Assembly: GCA_043819795.1 (NCBI GenBank)
Contig: JBDREN010000190.1
Location: forward strand, 1 to 62,375
Source: Elusimicrobiota bacterium
GTDB taxonomy: Bacteria > Elusimicrobiota > Elusimicrobia > UBA1565
Reading direction: 5' to 3'
Length of the DNA stretch: 62,375 nt
The notes beneath the pieces are model-generated. The model searched no databases. It saw nothing but the letters and a program-made list of their open reading frames with translations, and was not told the DNA's origin. The translations under genes were made by a program, and so were the position numbers. Positions 26,828 to 35,432 of the stretch are shown here, piece by piece. The first letter of the stretch is position 1; every line of letters begins with the position of its first letter.

Positions 26828-28020
26828 GGTCCCACGGCCGCGGCCGGCGTCGCGGGCCCGGACGATCGGGCGAGGCATTCGTCGTAGAGGCGCTCCTGCC
26901 GGCGCACCATCTCGTCGATATCGAACTCCGGACCGATGCTCTCGGAAGCCTTCGCGCCCATCGTCCCGCGCAGGCTGGAGCTTCTCAGGAGCTCTTCCAC
27001 GCGCCGGGCGAGGGTCTCCCAGTCGCCGGCCGGCGCCGCGAACCCGTTCTCGCCGTCCTCGATCACGTCCCGCACGCCGTCCACGGCATAGCAGACGCAG
27101 GGGAGTCCGGTCTTCATCGCCTCGACCAGGGATCGCGGCAGGCCTTCCCAAAGCGACGTCAGGAGAAAGACGTCCGCGGCCCCGAGTATCCGGGCGACGT
27201 CCCGGCGCCAGCCCAACAGCCGCAGCCTGCCGCCGAGCCCGCTCGCCGCCGCCTCGGCTTCGATCGCGGAGCGCAGCGGGCCGTCGCCGATGAATACGAA
27301 GCTCGCGTCCGGGACGCGACCCACGACACGACGTGCGACGCGCAGGAAGTCCGCCGCGTTCTTCTGGGGCTTGAGGTTGCCGACACCCACGACCAGGGGG
27401 CCCCCGCCGCCCGCTCCGATCGCCGTCCGTATCCGCGCCCGCTCGCCGGCCAGGAGACGGAAGTCCGAGAGCTTGACCCCGCTGCGGATGAGGGCGTAGC
27501 GCCTCCGGTCGCCGAGGCCGTAGCGCTCGCCGTAGCGCATGTTCGCCTTCGACACGAAGACGAGCCGGGTCGACAGCGAGCCCGCGAGCCGCTCGAGCAG
27601 CACGTACGCCCAGCGAAGCAGCGGGTTCATCCCCTCATGGAAGCCGAAGCCGTGGAATGTGTGCACGATCACCGGCACGCCGGCGAGCGCCGCGGCGATC
27701 CTGCCCAGGACGCCGGCCTTGGACGAATGGGTATGGACGATCGCCGGGCGCTCCTCGGAAAGGAGCCGGCGGAGCTGCAGGCAGGCCAGCAGGTCCCGCA
27801 GCGGTGCGATCTCGCGGACGAGGTCCGGCAACATCTGGACGCGGACCGGCCGGTCGAGCCGCGAAAGCCCCCCCGCTTTCCCGTCCAGGTAGCCGCCGGC
27901 CCCGGAAATCAGGACCGGCTCGAAGCGGGCTCCGTCGAGGTGGGAGACGGTGTAGAGGGTATTCTGCTGCGCCCCCCCGAAATCGAGACGGGTGATGATG
28001 TGGACGACCTTGGCCCTCAC
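26824..28020 (-). CDS. GT4 glycosyltransferase
   Basis: GGAQ, HTHSSKAG, HT.HG, QKN, S.WEGLP...EAM. Confidence 0.93.
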   Translation of the reverse strand: MRAKVVHIITRLDFGGAQQNTLYTVSHLDGARFEPVLISGAGGYLDGKAGGLSRLDRPVRVQMLPDLVREIAPLRDLLACLQLRRLLSEERPAIVHTHSSKAGVLGRIAAALAGVPVIVHTFHGFGFHEGMNPLLRWAYVLLERLAGSLSTRLVFVSKANMRYGERYGLGDRRRYALIRSGVKLSDFRLLAGERARIRTAIGAGGGGPLVVGVGNLKPQKNAADFLRVARRVVGRVPDASFVFIGDGPLRSAIEAEAAASGLGGRLRLLGWRRDVARILGAADVFLLTSLWEGLPRSLVEAMKTGLPCVCYAVDGVRDVIEDGENGFAAPAGDWETLARRVEELLRSSSLRGTMGAKASESIGPEFDIDEMVRRQERLYDECLARSSGPATPAAAVGP

Positions 28021-28037
28021 GGGATTAGTCTAACAAA

Positions 28038-30221
28038 TTACCGGCGCCGACGAGGCCGGCGGCGCATATTCTTCTTCTTGGCGCTTGGCTTGGCCGGCGG
28101 CTTGAGGACGGCGGGCTTTTTCTTCTCCCGATAGCCGACGAATTCGGCCGCCTGAGTGAAATAGTGGCGCAGGATCCGCGAGAAGTCCCTTCCGAGATGC
28201 GCCTGGCCCAGCGTCCCGGCGATGCAAAGGCCCTTGCCGTCGCCGGTCCCGGCGCCCCAAAGAAGAAGGCTGCGGAGCCTGCGCCCCTTGTATAGCGGCT
28301 GCACCGAGAAGAGGCCCGACCGGAGCGATCCGGGGGCGAGCAGGTCGCGGATGGCGGGCAGCCCCGTGATCTCCACCGCGTCGCGGGTCCCGACGACGAC
28401 CAGCGACAGGACCCGTCCCGTCTGGTCGCGACGCCGCACCCGGACGTTGAGGATCGGCCCCACCGGCTTGACTGCGTCGACGCGCGCGCGCAGCTCGCCA
28501 GCGTCGACCTGCCGCACCCATCGCTCCCAGCTCGCGGGCACCAAGGCGGAGGCCTGGTGGTAGAGCTTGTCGTCGGGATACCGCCGGACGAGCCGCTCCA
28601 GGTCGAACGGCGAGCGGAAGACCAGGGCGGGCGTCTGGCGGTCCTGGATGCCGGACGCGGTCGCCCAGGCGCACGAGGGGTGGTGCTCGAGCGGGAAGCC
28701 GGGAGGCAACAGTATCCGCACTCCGCGGGTCTCGCGCACCGCGCTCGTCCCGGCGGTGCGCTCGCGAGCGAGCCCGAAATAGCTCAGGCAGTGGGATGAG
28801 TCGCAGAAGTCGGTGCGCTCGGGGTTCCGGCGCCCCCGCCGCTTCATTTCGAGGACCTTCGTGCGTATGAACACCGCCAGGGCCTTGTAGGCCTCGTTCG
28901 GACTCTCGTGCGGCAGGGCCTGCCCGATCACCGAGAACAGGTACTCCTCGAGCGGGACCTCGTTGACGATATGAAAGCCCTCGGGGGTCGGGATGACCTC
29001 CACGGCGCCGCGCAGCTCGCGGTCGCTGAGGTCGATCCCGACGATGTCGGTGGGCTCCGGGTTCTTCAACAGGATGGTGTAGCCCGAAGCGACGGGCTCG
29101 AACCGGAAGGGCTGTTTGGTCACGTAGATGATGTTGCCGCTCGTGTCGCGGATCTCGATGACGCGGTTGTCGACGCGGAACTCGACCACCCACTGGCGGA
29201 AGGGAGACGCGGCCTGGGTCACCTCGTCGGCGAGGCGCACGTCCCAGAGGCGGGTGGTCGTGCTGCCCATGACGAAGAAGCGCCTCAGGTGCCGTGGACG
29301 GCCGTCGGGTCCGGAGAACATCGCCACCCGCAGCAGGGGAGGTTTGCGGTCGAGCTCGGAGCCCGCCTCCGGGCCCCGGAACATCGGGCGGGCCAAGCGC
29401 ACCAGCGGCAGCGCGTCCTCGGGCCTGCCCGTGATGTATTTCTCGACAGCCTTCTTGCCGCGGAGCATGCCCGCGTCGTTGGGGTCCAGGTCGAGGCCCA
29501 GCTTGTAGGCCTGCCAAGCCGCCTTGGGCTGGCCGGTCTTATCGTAGGCGTATCCCAGGTCCCGGGCCACGGTGGCCTGCATCGGATCCTGGCTCAAGGA
29601 CATGGTGAGGAACGGCAGCGCCTGGGGATAGCGGCGCGCGTGCAAATGCACGCGCCCGAGCTCGGCGGCCGCCGCCGGACGCAGGTACGGATTGCGGTCG
29701 AGCGTCGAGCGCAGGGAATCGACGGCCGCCTTCGAGTTGCCGTCCAGCGAGTCGGTGAGCCCGAGCCCGAAGCTCGCCTCCCCCGCGTCGTCGGGTCTCT
29801 TCGCCGTATTCCCCGCCTTCCGGAAGCAGTCGCGCGCCTCGCGCAGGCGACCCAGGGCGAGATAGTTCCAGCCGCGCTGGTTCCAAAGCAGCGCGCTCTC
29901 GGGGTCCAGGAGCGTGGCCTTGAGCCAATGCGCCGCGGCCTCCTGGGGCTCGCCCGCGTCGCGCAGCATGAGCGCGAGGTTGGCGATCAAGGCCGGGTCC
30001 ATCGATCCCAGCTGCGCGAGATAGCGGTATCCGCTGGCGGCGCCTTCGTAACGGCCGTTGAGGTACTCGATGAACGAATCGCGTTTGGCGCGCTGGATCT
30101 CGGAGGCTCCCGCGGAGAGACCTTCCTCACCCGGCCCCGCCGGCAGGCGGTCGGCCTCGGCGTCCGCCGCCCATGCCGCGCCCGCGCCGCACAGCAGCGC
30201 CGCCATGAGCAGCGCCCTCAT
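28038..30221 (-). CDS. Exported TPR + SpoIID/LytB-domain protein
   Basis: Signal peptide, about 6 TPR-like repeats, VNEV.LEEYL..V...P....EA.KA.AV..RT, CD..HC..Y. Confidence 0.85.
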   Translation of the reverse strand: MRALLMAALLCGAGAAWAADAEADRLPAGPGEEGLSAGASEIQRAKRDSFIEYLNGRYEGAASGYRYLAQLGSMDPALIANLALMLRDAGEPQEAAAHWLKATLLDPESALLWNQRGWNYLALGRLREARDCFRKAGNTAKRPDDAGEASFGLGLTDSLDGNSKAAVDSLRSTLDRNPYLRPAAAAELGRVHLHARRYPQALPFLTMSLSQDPMQATVARDLGYAYDKTGQPKAAWQAYKLGLDLDPNDAGMLRGKKAVEKYITGRPEDALPLVRLARPMFRGPEAGSELDRKPPLLRVAMFSGPDGRPRHLRRFFVMGSTTTRLWDVRLADEVTQAASPFRQWVVEFRVDNRVIEIRDTSGNIIYVTKQPFRFEPVASGYTILLKNPEPTDIVGIDLSDRELRGAVEVIPTPEGFHIVNEVPLEEYLFSVIGQALPHESPNEAYKALAVFIRTKVLEMKRRGRRNPERTDFCDSSHCLSYFGLARERTAGTSAVRETRGVRILLPPGFPLEHHPSCAWATASGIQDRQTPALVFRSPFDLERLVRRYPDDKLYHQASALVPASWERWVRQVDAGELRARVDAVKPVGPILNVRVRRRDQTGRVLSLVVVGTRDAVEITGLPAIRDLLAPGSLRSGLFSVQPLYKGRRLRSLLLWGAGTGDGKGLCIAGTLGQAHLGRDFSRILRHYFTQAAEFVGYREKKKPAVLKPPAKPSAKKKNMRRRPRRRR

Positions 30222-30676
30222 CAGCCTCCCCCGCTCCCGGACCCGCGATAGGGACGCCCTTCGGGCACGGGAAAGATGTCCCGCTCGTCGTCGACGGCGG
30301 CCGGCCGCAGAGACTCCCTCCGGCGCGGGATGCGGACCTCGATGGTGTTCAGGTGGATGTCGGCGAACTCGTACTTCCCCTCCCGGGCCAGCCTGGCGGC
30401 ATACCTCATCTTCCCGCTCAGGCGCCGGACATCGTGTCCCTTGCGCGAAGCCTCCTCGAGCAGGCCCAGGACTCGCCGATACTCCCGGTCGAAGCGCTCG
30501 TAGCGCCGCGCCTCCGCCCGCTGTCCGATCTCCGCGCCGAGTTTTGATGGAGCTTTGACGGGCGGATAGCGGCGGCGGATGTACGTCTGGCGCGCCACGC
30601 CGGAGTAGTTGTCGAACAGCCACACGATCCCCGCCAGGGCGAGCACCGCAGCCACGACGCCGAGTAGGATCTTCAT
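30221..30676 (-). CDS. Hypothetical protein with N-terminal membrane anchor
   Basis: Hydrophobic N-terminus; stop overlaps the ATG of the downstream gene. Confidence 0.65.
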   Translation of the reverse strand: MKILLGVVAAVLALAGIVWLFDNYSGVARQTYIRRRYPPVKAPSKLGAEIGQRAEARRYERFDREYRRVLGLLEEASRKGHDVRRLSGKMRYAARLAREGKYEFADIHLNTIEVRIPRRRESLRPAAVDDERDIFPVPEGRPYRGSGSGGG

Positions 30677-30764
30677 CGAGATGCTGCCACCCTACTCATT
30701 TTATCCCGGGGGGTCAAGCGTCGCCGCGCCCCCCATCCGGGAGGTTCCGTGCGCGCGGATGAAA

Positions 30765-32744
30765 TTATCCGCCCGAGCCGCCAAAGCCCGGCAGAAGGAG
30801 CTCGTCGAGCGTCAGCTCCTCCTTCGTCTTCCCCGGCTTGGCGGCCTTGCCCGGCGCCTTGGGACCGGCCTTCCGCGCCTCCGGCTCGCGCGCGGGAGGA
30901 AGATCCGTCTCATCGGACACGGGCTCGGGCTTCTTCGGGGCGGCCCTCTTCCTGGGCGGGCGGCTGGGCCGGGCGAGCGACGAGTCGAGCAGCATGTTTC
31001 CGAGCGGATCGGAGAGAAGGCCCTCGCTTTCCTCGGTATTCGCCTTTCGCGTCGTATTCGCCTTCCGCTCGGGCTTGGCGCGAGAAACCGCGCGGCCCCG
31101 GGACTGCCGGGAGGCGCCGCGCGCCGGACGCGCCGACGCCGGGGGAGAGACCTGCCCGTTCAAGGCGGCCCGGCTATTGGCGGTCAGGCCGCGGACCTGG
31201 CGGGCGTCGAGCTGGACCTCGAACTGATAGTCGGGAGTGCCGCTCGCTTTCGAGTAGAAGTTGACCTGGTAGCGGCCGCTGCCGAGGCCGAGGGGCTTCA
31301 CGTTCCACGGAGAGAGCAGCCCGGACGGGGGGTGCACGGCCTCGATGACCATGGCCAGCGTCTTGCCCGTCCCCGGGACCGGATAGTCCTTCACGAACCT
31401 CTTGGCCTCGTCCGCGCGGTCCCGCAGACCCTGCTGCGGATCGACGACCGGCTCGGGCTCCGGCTGCGCCGGCCGGCCGAGCTGCGCGGGCGGCGCGGGA
31501 TGCTCTTTCGGCTTCGGCTTCACGAGGCCGGCCATCTCCAGATAGGGATCGAGCACGCCCATCTGATGAGCGGCCCAGACCCCGCCCGCGACGAGAAGCA
31601 GCATCAAGAACGCGATCAGCCCCTTCTTGCTATTCTTCTCCGGCTTCTTCTCCCGCACGGGACCGCTGGGCGCCGCGGTCAGGTCCACGAGGTCGCCCGC
31701 ACCCGCGGCGACGTCCCCCGGCGCAGGCGGGTGACCGGCGTCCAGGGATATGGGCGCGTCGAAGGGCTCCGCCTCCGCGGGCGCCGTCGGCGTGCCGCCG
31801 ACCAAGGTGTTGGGTATGCTCTCGCCCTGATGGGCCCCAAGCGGCTCGGCCGCGATGTCGAAGGGCGGCGGGGCATCGATCGCCGGCGACTCGGCGCCGG
31901 CCATCTCCGGGGTCGGAAGATCCAGCGGCGGAGGCGCCTCCAAGTCCGCCGGGGCCTGGGCGAACGGCGGCGAGACAACCTGGGCCTCCGACTCCAGGCC
32001 GGGCTCCGTCAACGCCGGCGGCTCACCGCCGAAATCCCCCCCATCGAGAGCGGGCGGCGTCGCCACGGAACGCGGCGGGGCGGCGTCGGCCGCCGCGATA
32101 GGGAGCCCGGAGGAGCCCATTGGGCCCTTCCGCTCCCGGGGACCGCCGCGCAGCTCGGCCTGGCTTTCCTCGAGTTTCTTGATGGAGCCGCGGATGTCGG
32201 CGCTCACCTCGTCGATCTGGCTCTTGAGCTCGTCAATGGCCTGCGCCCCTTGGCTCTGATCGCGCTGCGTCTTCGCAAGCTCTTCCTTTAGAGCTTCGGC
32301 CGCGGCGACCTTCGCCTCGAGGTCCCCGACCTTGGTCTGCAGGGCGGAAGCCTCAACCCCCTTCTGGTCGAGGTCCACCTTCAATGACACGACCTCCTCA
32401 TCGCGGGCCTGCATGTCCTCTTGGAGCTGGCTCAGCGAGTTCTCGAGCAGGCTGACCTTCTCCTGCAGGGTGCCGAGAACGGCGAGGTCGCGCAGCGTGG
32501 GCTCGGGCGGGAGCAGACTAGCGCCCGGCTCCCCGCCGCCCGCCCCGGCCGGCACTCTCGACATCTTGAGCAGCGTATCGGCCAGCTCGGCGACGACCCC
32601 GGCGCGCTGCCAGTCCCCCATCTGGGTGCCCTTGCACCCCTCGGAGCAAACGAGCGATTCGGCGGAGAAGCCCGGGGATTTAGCCAGCTGCTCCCGGTCG
32701 TAGGGCCCGATGACTTGGTTGTTTTGAAACAGCCAGTATTTCAT
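30765..32744 (-). CDS. Membrane protein: GYF_2-like N-domain, coiled coil, Pro/acidic linker, single TM
   Basis: MKYW...Q..GPY..EQL..LV....W.....EL; heptad segment; one TM helix. Confidence 0.75.
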   Translation of the reverse strand: MKYWLFQNNQVIGPYDREQLAKSPGFSAESLVCSEGCKGTQMGDWQRAGVVAELADTLLKMSRVPAGAGGGEPGASLLPPEPTLRDLAVLGTLQEKVSLLENSLSQLQEDMQARDEEVVSLKVDLDQKGVEASALQTKVGDLEAKVAAAEALKEELAKTQRDQSQGAQAIDELKSQIDEVSADIRGSIKKLEESQAELRGGPRERKGPMGSSGLPIAAADAAPPRSVATPPALDGGDFGGEPPALTEPGLESEAQVVSPPFAQAPADLEAPPPLDLPTPEMAGAESPAIDAPPPFDIAAEPLGAHQGESIPNTLVGGTPTAPAEAEPFDAPISLDAGHPPAPGDVAAGAGDLVDLTAAPSGPVREKKPEKNSKKGLIAFLMLLLVAGGVWAAHQMGVLDPYLEMAGLVKPKPKEHPAPPAQLGRPAQPEPEPVVDPQQGLRDRADEAKRFVKDYPVPGTGKTLAMVIEAVHPPSGLLSPWNVKPLGLGSGRYQVNFYSKASGTPDYQFEVQLDARQVRGLTANSRAALNGQVSPPASARPARGASRQSRGRAVSRAKPERKANTTRKANTEESEGLLSDPLGNMLLDSSLARPSRPPRKRAAPKKPEPVSDETDLPPAREPEARKAGPKAPGKAAKPGKTKEELTLDELLLPGFGGSGG

Positions 32745-32934
32745 GCGGCGCATCCTGGACGCACGCCGGCATCGCGTTTCCCGTCTAAGGCGGGGACGCG
32801 CGGCGGCGTTGCACCCCAGTATACCAGCGCCCCTGAGGGATTTCAATGACGGGGATGTTACAGGACTCTGAAGGAAATATGAATACACAAATATGTTAGA
32901 ATGGATTCGGTCGCAGGGGGATAGGTCCCTCATA

Positions 32935-33008
32935 GGGCCATTAGCTCAACCTGGTAGAGCAGGCGCCTCTTAAGCGCAAGGTTACAGGTTCGATTCCTGT
33001 ATGGCCCA
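32935..33008 (+). tRNA. tRNA-Lys (CTT)
   Basis: GGGCCAT/ATGGCCC acceptor, loop CTCTTAA, GGTTCGATTCC. Confidence 0.93.
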
Positions 33009-33019
33009 CATCGATTTTC

Positions 33020-33703
33020 ATGAGACATGCGGTTCTTGCCGTCTGTCTTCTGTCCGTCGCGGCCGGCGCGCGACCGCCCGAACCGGGACAGACGGACGCG
33101 CGCGCGGCGGATGCCGGCGGCGGCCTGCTCGAGGTCCCCGCCGGCACGTTGCTTTCGGTCGAGTTGGTCGACCCGGTCCACACCGGGAAGAACTCGACCG
33201 GCGACGTCTTCCGGGGGCGCCTGCTGGAGGGCGTTTGGATCCGGAACCGGGTCGTGATCCCTCCCGGGACCACTATCCGGGGCGAGTTGACCCAGGTCGT
33301 CCCGTCCGGTCGCATCAGGCGCCGCTCGAAGCTCGATCTGACGCTGCGGTCGCTGGAGATCGACGGCTCGTCCCGCACGATCAGCACCGACACGCTCTCG
33401 TACGTGGGCGACAAGCACTCCGGGAAGAACGTCGGAGCCTGGCTCGGCGGCGCCCTTCAGGGGGCTCTCTACGGGGTCCTCTTCGGCGGCAAGGGCGGCG
33501 CCATCATCGGGGCCGGGGCCGGCGCGGCGGCAGGGGGCGCCTCGACGGTCATCAAGGGGAAGCAAAACATCGATTTCGACCAGGGCGCCAGGCTCCTGTT
33601 CGAGACGGTCGAGCCCTTCACGGTGCCTTCCGTCCCCGCGCCGGCGCCCGAGAAGGACGCCCCACCGGCGAAGGCTCCGACGGATGCCCAGCCGGCGAGT
33701 TGA
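33020..33703 (+). CDS. Exported TrbI/VirB10-like beta-domain protein with glycine zipper
   Basis: Signal peptide; VPAGT...V.L, GD.F, IP.GT.I.G, GA.IGAGAGAAAG. Confidence 0.75.
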   Translation: MRHAVLAVCLLSVAAGARPPEPGQTDARAADAGGGLLEVPAGTLLSVELVDPVHTGKNSTGDVFRGRLLEGVWIRNRVVIPPGTTIRGELTQVVPSGRIRRRSKLDLTLRSLEIDGSSRTISTDTLSYVGDKHSGKNVGAWLGGALQGALYGVLFGGKGGAIIGAGAGAAAGGASTVIKGKQNIDFDQGARLLFETVEPFTVPSVPAPAPEKDAPPAKAPTDAQPAS

Positions 33704-33710
33704 TCTCAGC

Positions 33711-34499
33711 GCCGGTCGCGCGGGACGCGAGCCGGAGGCGAGGGGTGCGACATATTAGTGCGCCGCATGGCCGGCGCACCTTGATCAGGATTTCCGCTTC
33801 GGGGGGGTTCAGCGAGCCGTCGCCCGAAGGGCGAAAGGCGAGCGCCGATGAAACGGGGGGCAGAGCCCCCCTTGGAGAGCGGCCGAGCGGAGGCGACGTC
33901 GGAAGAGTTTTGACCTTTCCGAAGCGAGGGAACCCGTCTATCAGGCGGCGGCATGGCCCGCCGACCTTAGTGGGGGTGACCCGCAAGGCCCACTCGGGCG
34001 ATGTGGGTCTTGCGGGCCCGAGGGGGCGGCAGCCCCCAGGGAGAGCACCGAGCGGAGCGGATTCCTCTCGAAGCGAGGCTTCAGCCCTGAGCGTAGCGAA
34101 GGGTGCGACAAAGACGCCCCCTGGCGGACTACCAGTCCGCCGGGCTGCGGCGGGCCGCGACAAAGGGATTTCCTCTTCGGGGGGTTCAGCGAGCGATCGA
34201 CCGAAGGTCGAGGAGCGAGCGCCGACGAAATGGGGGGGCAGAGCCCCCCTTGGAGAGCGGCCGAGCGGAGGCCGTTCTTTCCTCCCCGAAGCGAGGGGAC
34301 CCGACGCCCCCTGGCGGACTACCAGTCCGCCGGGCCGCGGAGGGCCGCGACAAAGAGGGGTGACCCGCAAGGCCCACTATGGCGATGTGGGTCTTGCGGG
34401 CCCGAGGGGGCGGCAGCCCCCAGGGGGAGCACCCGCGCGAGCACGGAACCTCTCTCGCGCGGGCCTTCAGGCCTCGAGCCGAAGGCGAGAGGTGCGACA
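33711..34499. repeat. Mosaic of duplicated palindromic modules (BIME/REPIN-like)
   Basis: Module A 33788-33936 & 34166-34303; B 33973-34049 & 34357-34433; C 34113-34165 & 34303-34355. Confidence 0.88.
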
Positions 34500-34500
34500 G

Positions 34501-35250
34501 ATGTGGGGTCTGACCTGGAAACACCGCCTGCTAGACCTCCTGCTTCCCGAGACCTGCGTCGGGTGTCTGGAGGATCTGCCTCCCCCCCTCGGAGGCCCGC
34601 TGTGCGGACGCTGCCTGAAGCTCCTGCGCCGCTTCGAACCCCGGTTCCGCCCGGCGACGCGCTTCCGGAGCGGACCGCTGGCCGTCGTCTGCGCCGCCTT
34701 CCCTTACAGGGCGCCCCTGCCCGCGGTCGTGCACTCCTTCAAGTACCGGAGGCGCCTCTCCGCCGGCCGGACGCTCGCCGCCTGGATGGCCGGCGCGTGG
34801 CACCGTCATCCGGAACTGGGCCGGGCCGACGCGCTGGTGCCGGTCCCGCTCCATCCCGCGCGGGAACGCGAACGCGGGTTCAACCAGGCCCTCGTGTTGG
34901 CGCGGGCCGTGGCCGCCTCCGCTCGGACGCCGGTCATCGAGCCGCTCGCGCGCGTGGAGAACACCGCGCCGCAAGCCCGCCGCCGTCGGAGCGACCGGCC
35001 CGCCCTGAAGACCGCTTTCCGCGCGGGCAAGGCGGCGGGCCTCGCCGGCGCGCGCCTCGTACTGATCGACGACGTGTATACCTCGGGACGGACGCTGGAA
35101 GGATGCGCCCGGACCCTGCGAGCGAGCGGCGCGGCCGACGTCAGCGCCTTCGTGCTTGCTTGTTCGCATCCCTCCCCCACGGGGAGGGATGCGGAAGTGA
35201 GAGGGGGCAATGCTCGCGTCCCTCCCCCACGGGGAGGGACGCGGAAGTAG
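34501..35250 (+). CDS. comF: ComF family protein (Zn finger + PRTase-like)
   Basis: L.P..C..C...LC..C, FKY, PVPLH..R..ERGFNQA, LIDDVYTSG.T. Confidence 0.9.
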   Translation: MWGLTWKHRLLDLLLPETCVGCLEDLPPPLGGPLCGRCLKLLRRFEPRFRPATRFRSGPLAVVCAAFPYRAPLPAVVHSFKYRRRLSAGRTLAAWMAGAWHRHPELGRADALVPVPLHPARERERGFNQALVLARAVAASARTPVIEPLARVENTAPQARRRRSDRPALKTAFRAGKAAGLAGARLVLIDDVYTSGRTLEGCARTLRASGAADVSAFVLACSHPSPTGRDAEVRGGNARVPPPRGGTRK

Positions 35251-35431
35251 GAGGGGGGCCATGCTCCCCCTCTGCATATGGTGGAGGTGGGGCCTCTGTG
35301 GCGGGCCGATCCCCCACTGGAGCGGTCCCCCGCGGGGGGACCGCTGGCAGCCCCCACAGGGAGGGATGCGCTCGGTGGTGGGGGCTCTGGATCACGCCCT
35401 CTCCCGACGGGAGAGGGCTGGGGTGAGGGGC
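35165..35431. repeat. REP-like hairpin cluster overlapping the comF 3' end
   Basis: Two near-identical hairpins 35165-35193 and 35215-35243, AGCGGTCCCC hairpin 35321-35345, CCCTCTCCC..GGGAGAGGG near 35397-35418. Confidence 0.85.
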
Positions 35432-35432
35432 T

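Noticed and set aside
33020..33703. Type IV secretion system
   Set aside because: Lone TrbI-like domain with no other vir/tra genes
33711..34499. CRISPR array, or a 749-aa ORF (33001-35250) as one gene
   Set aside because: Modules are long and permuted without spacers; the ORF merely reads through GC-rich repeats into comF
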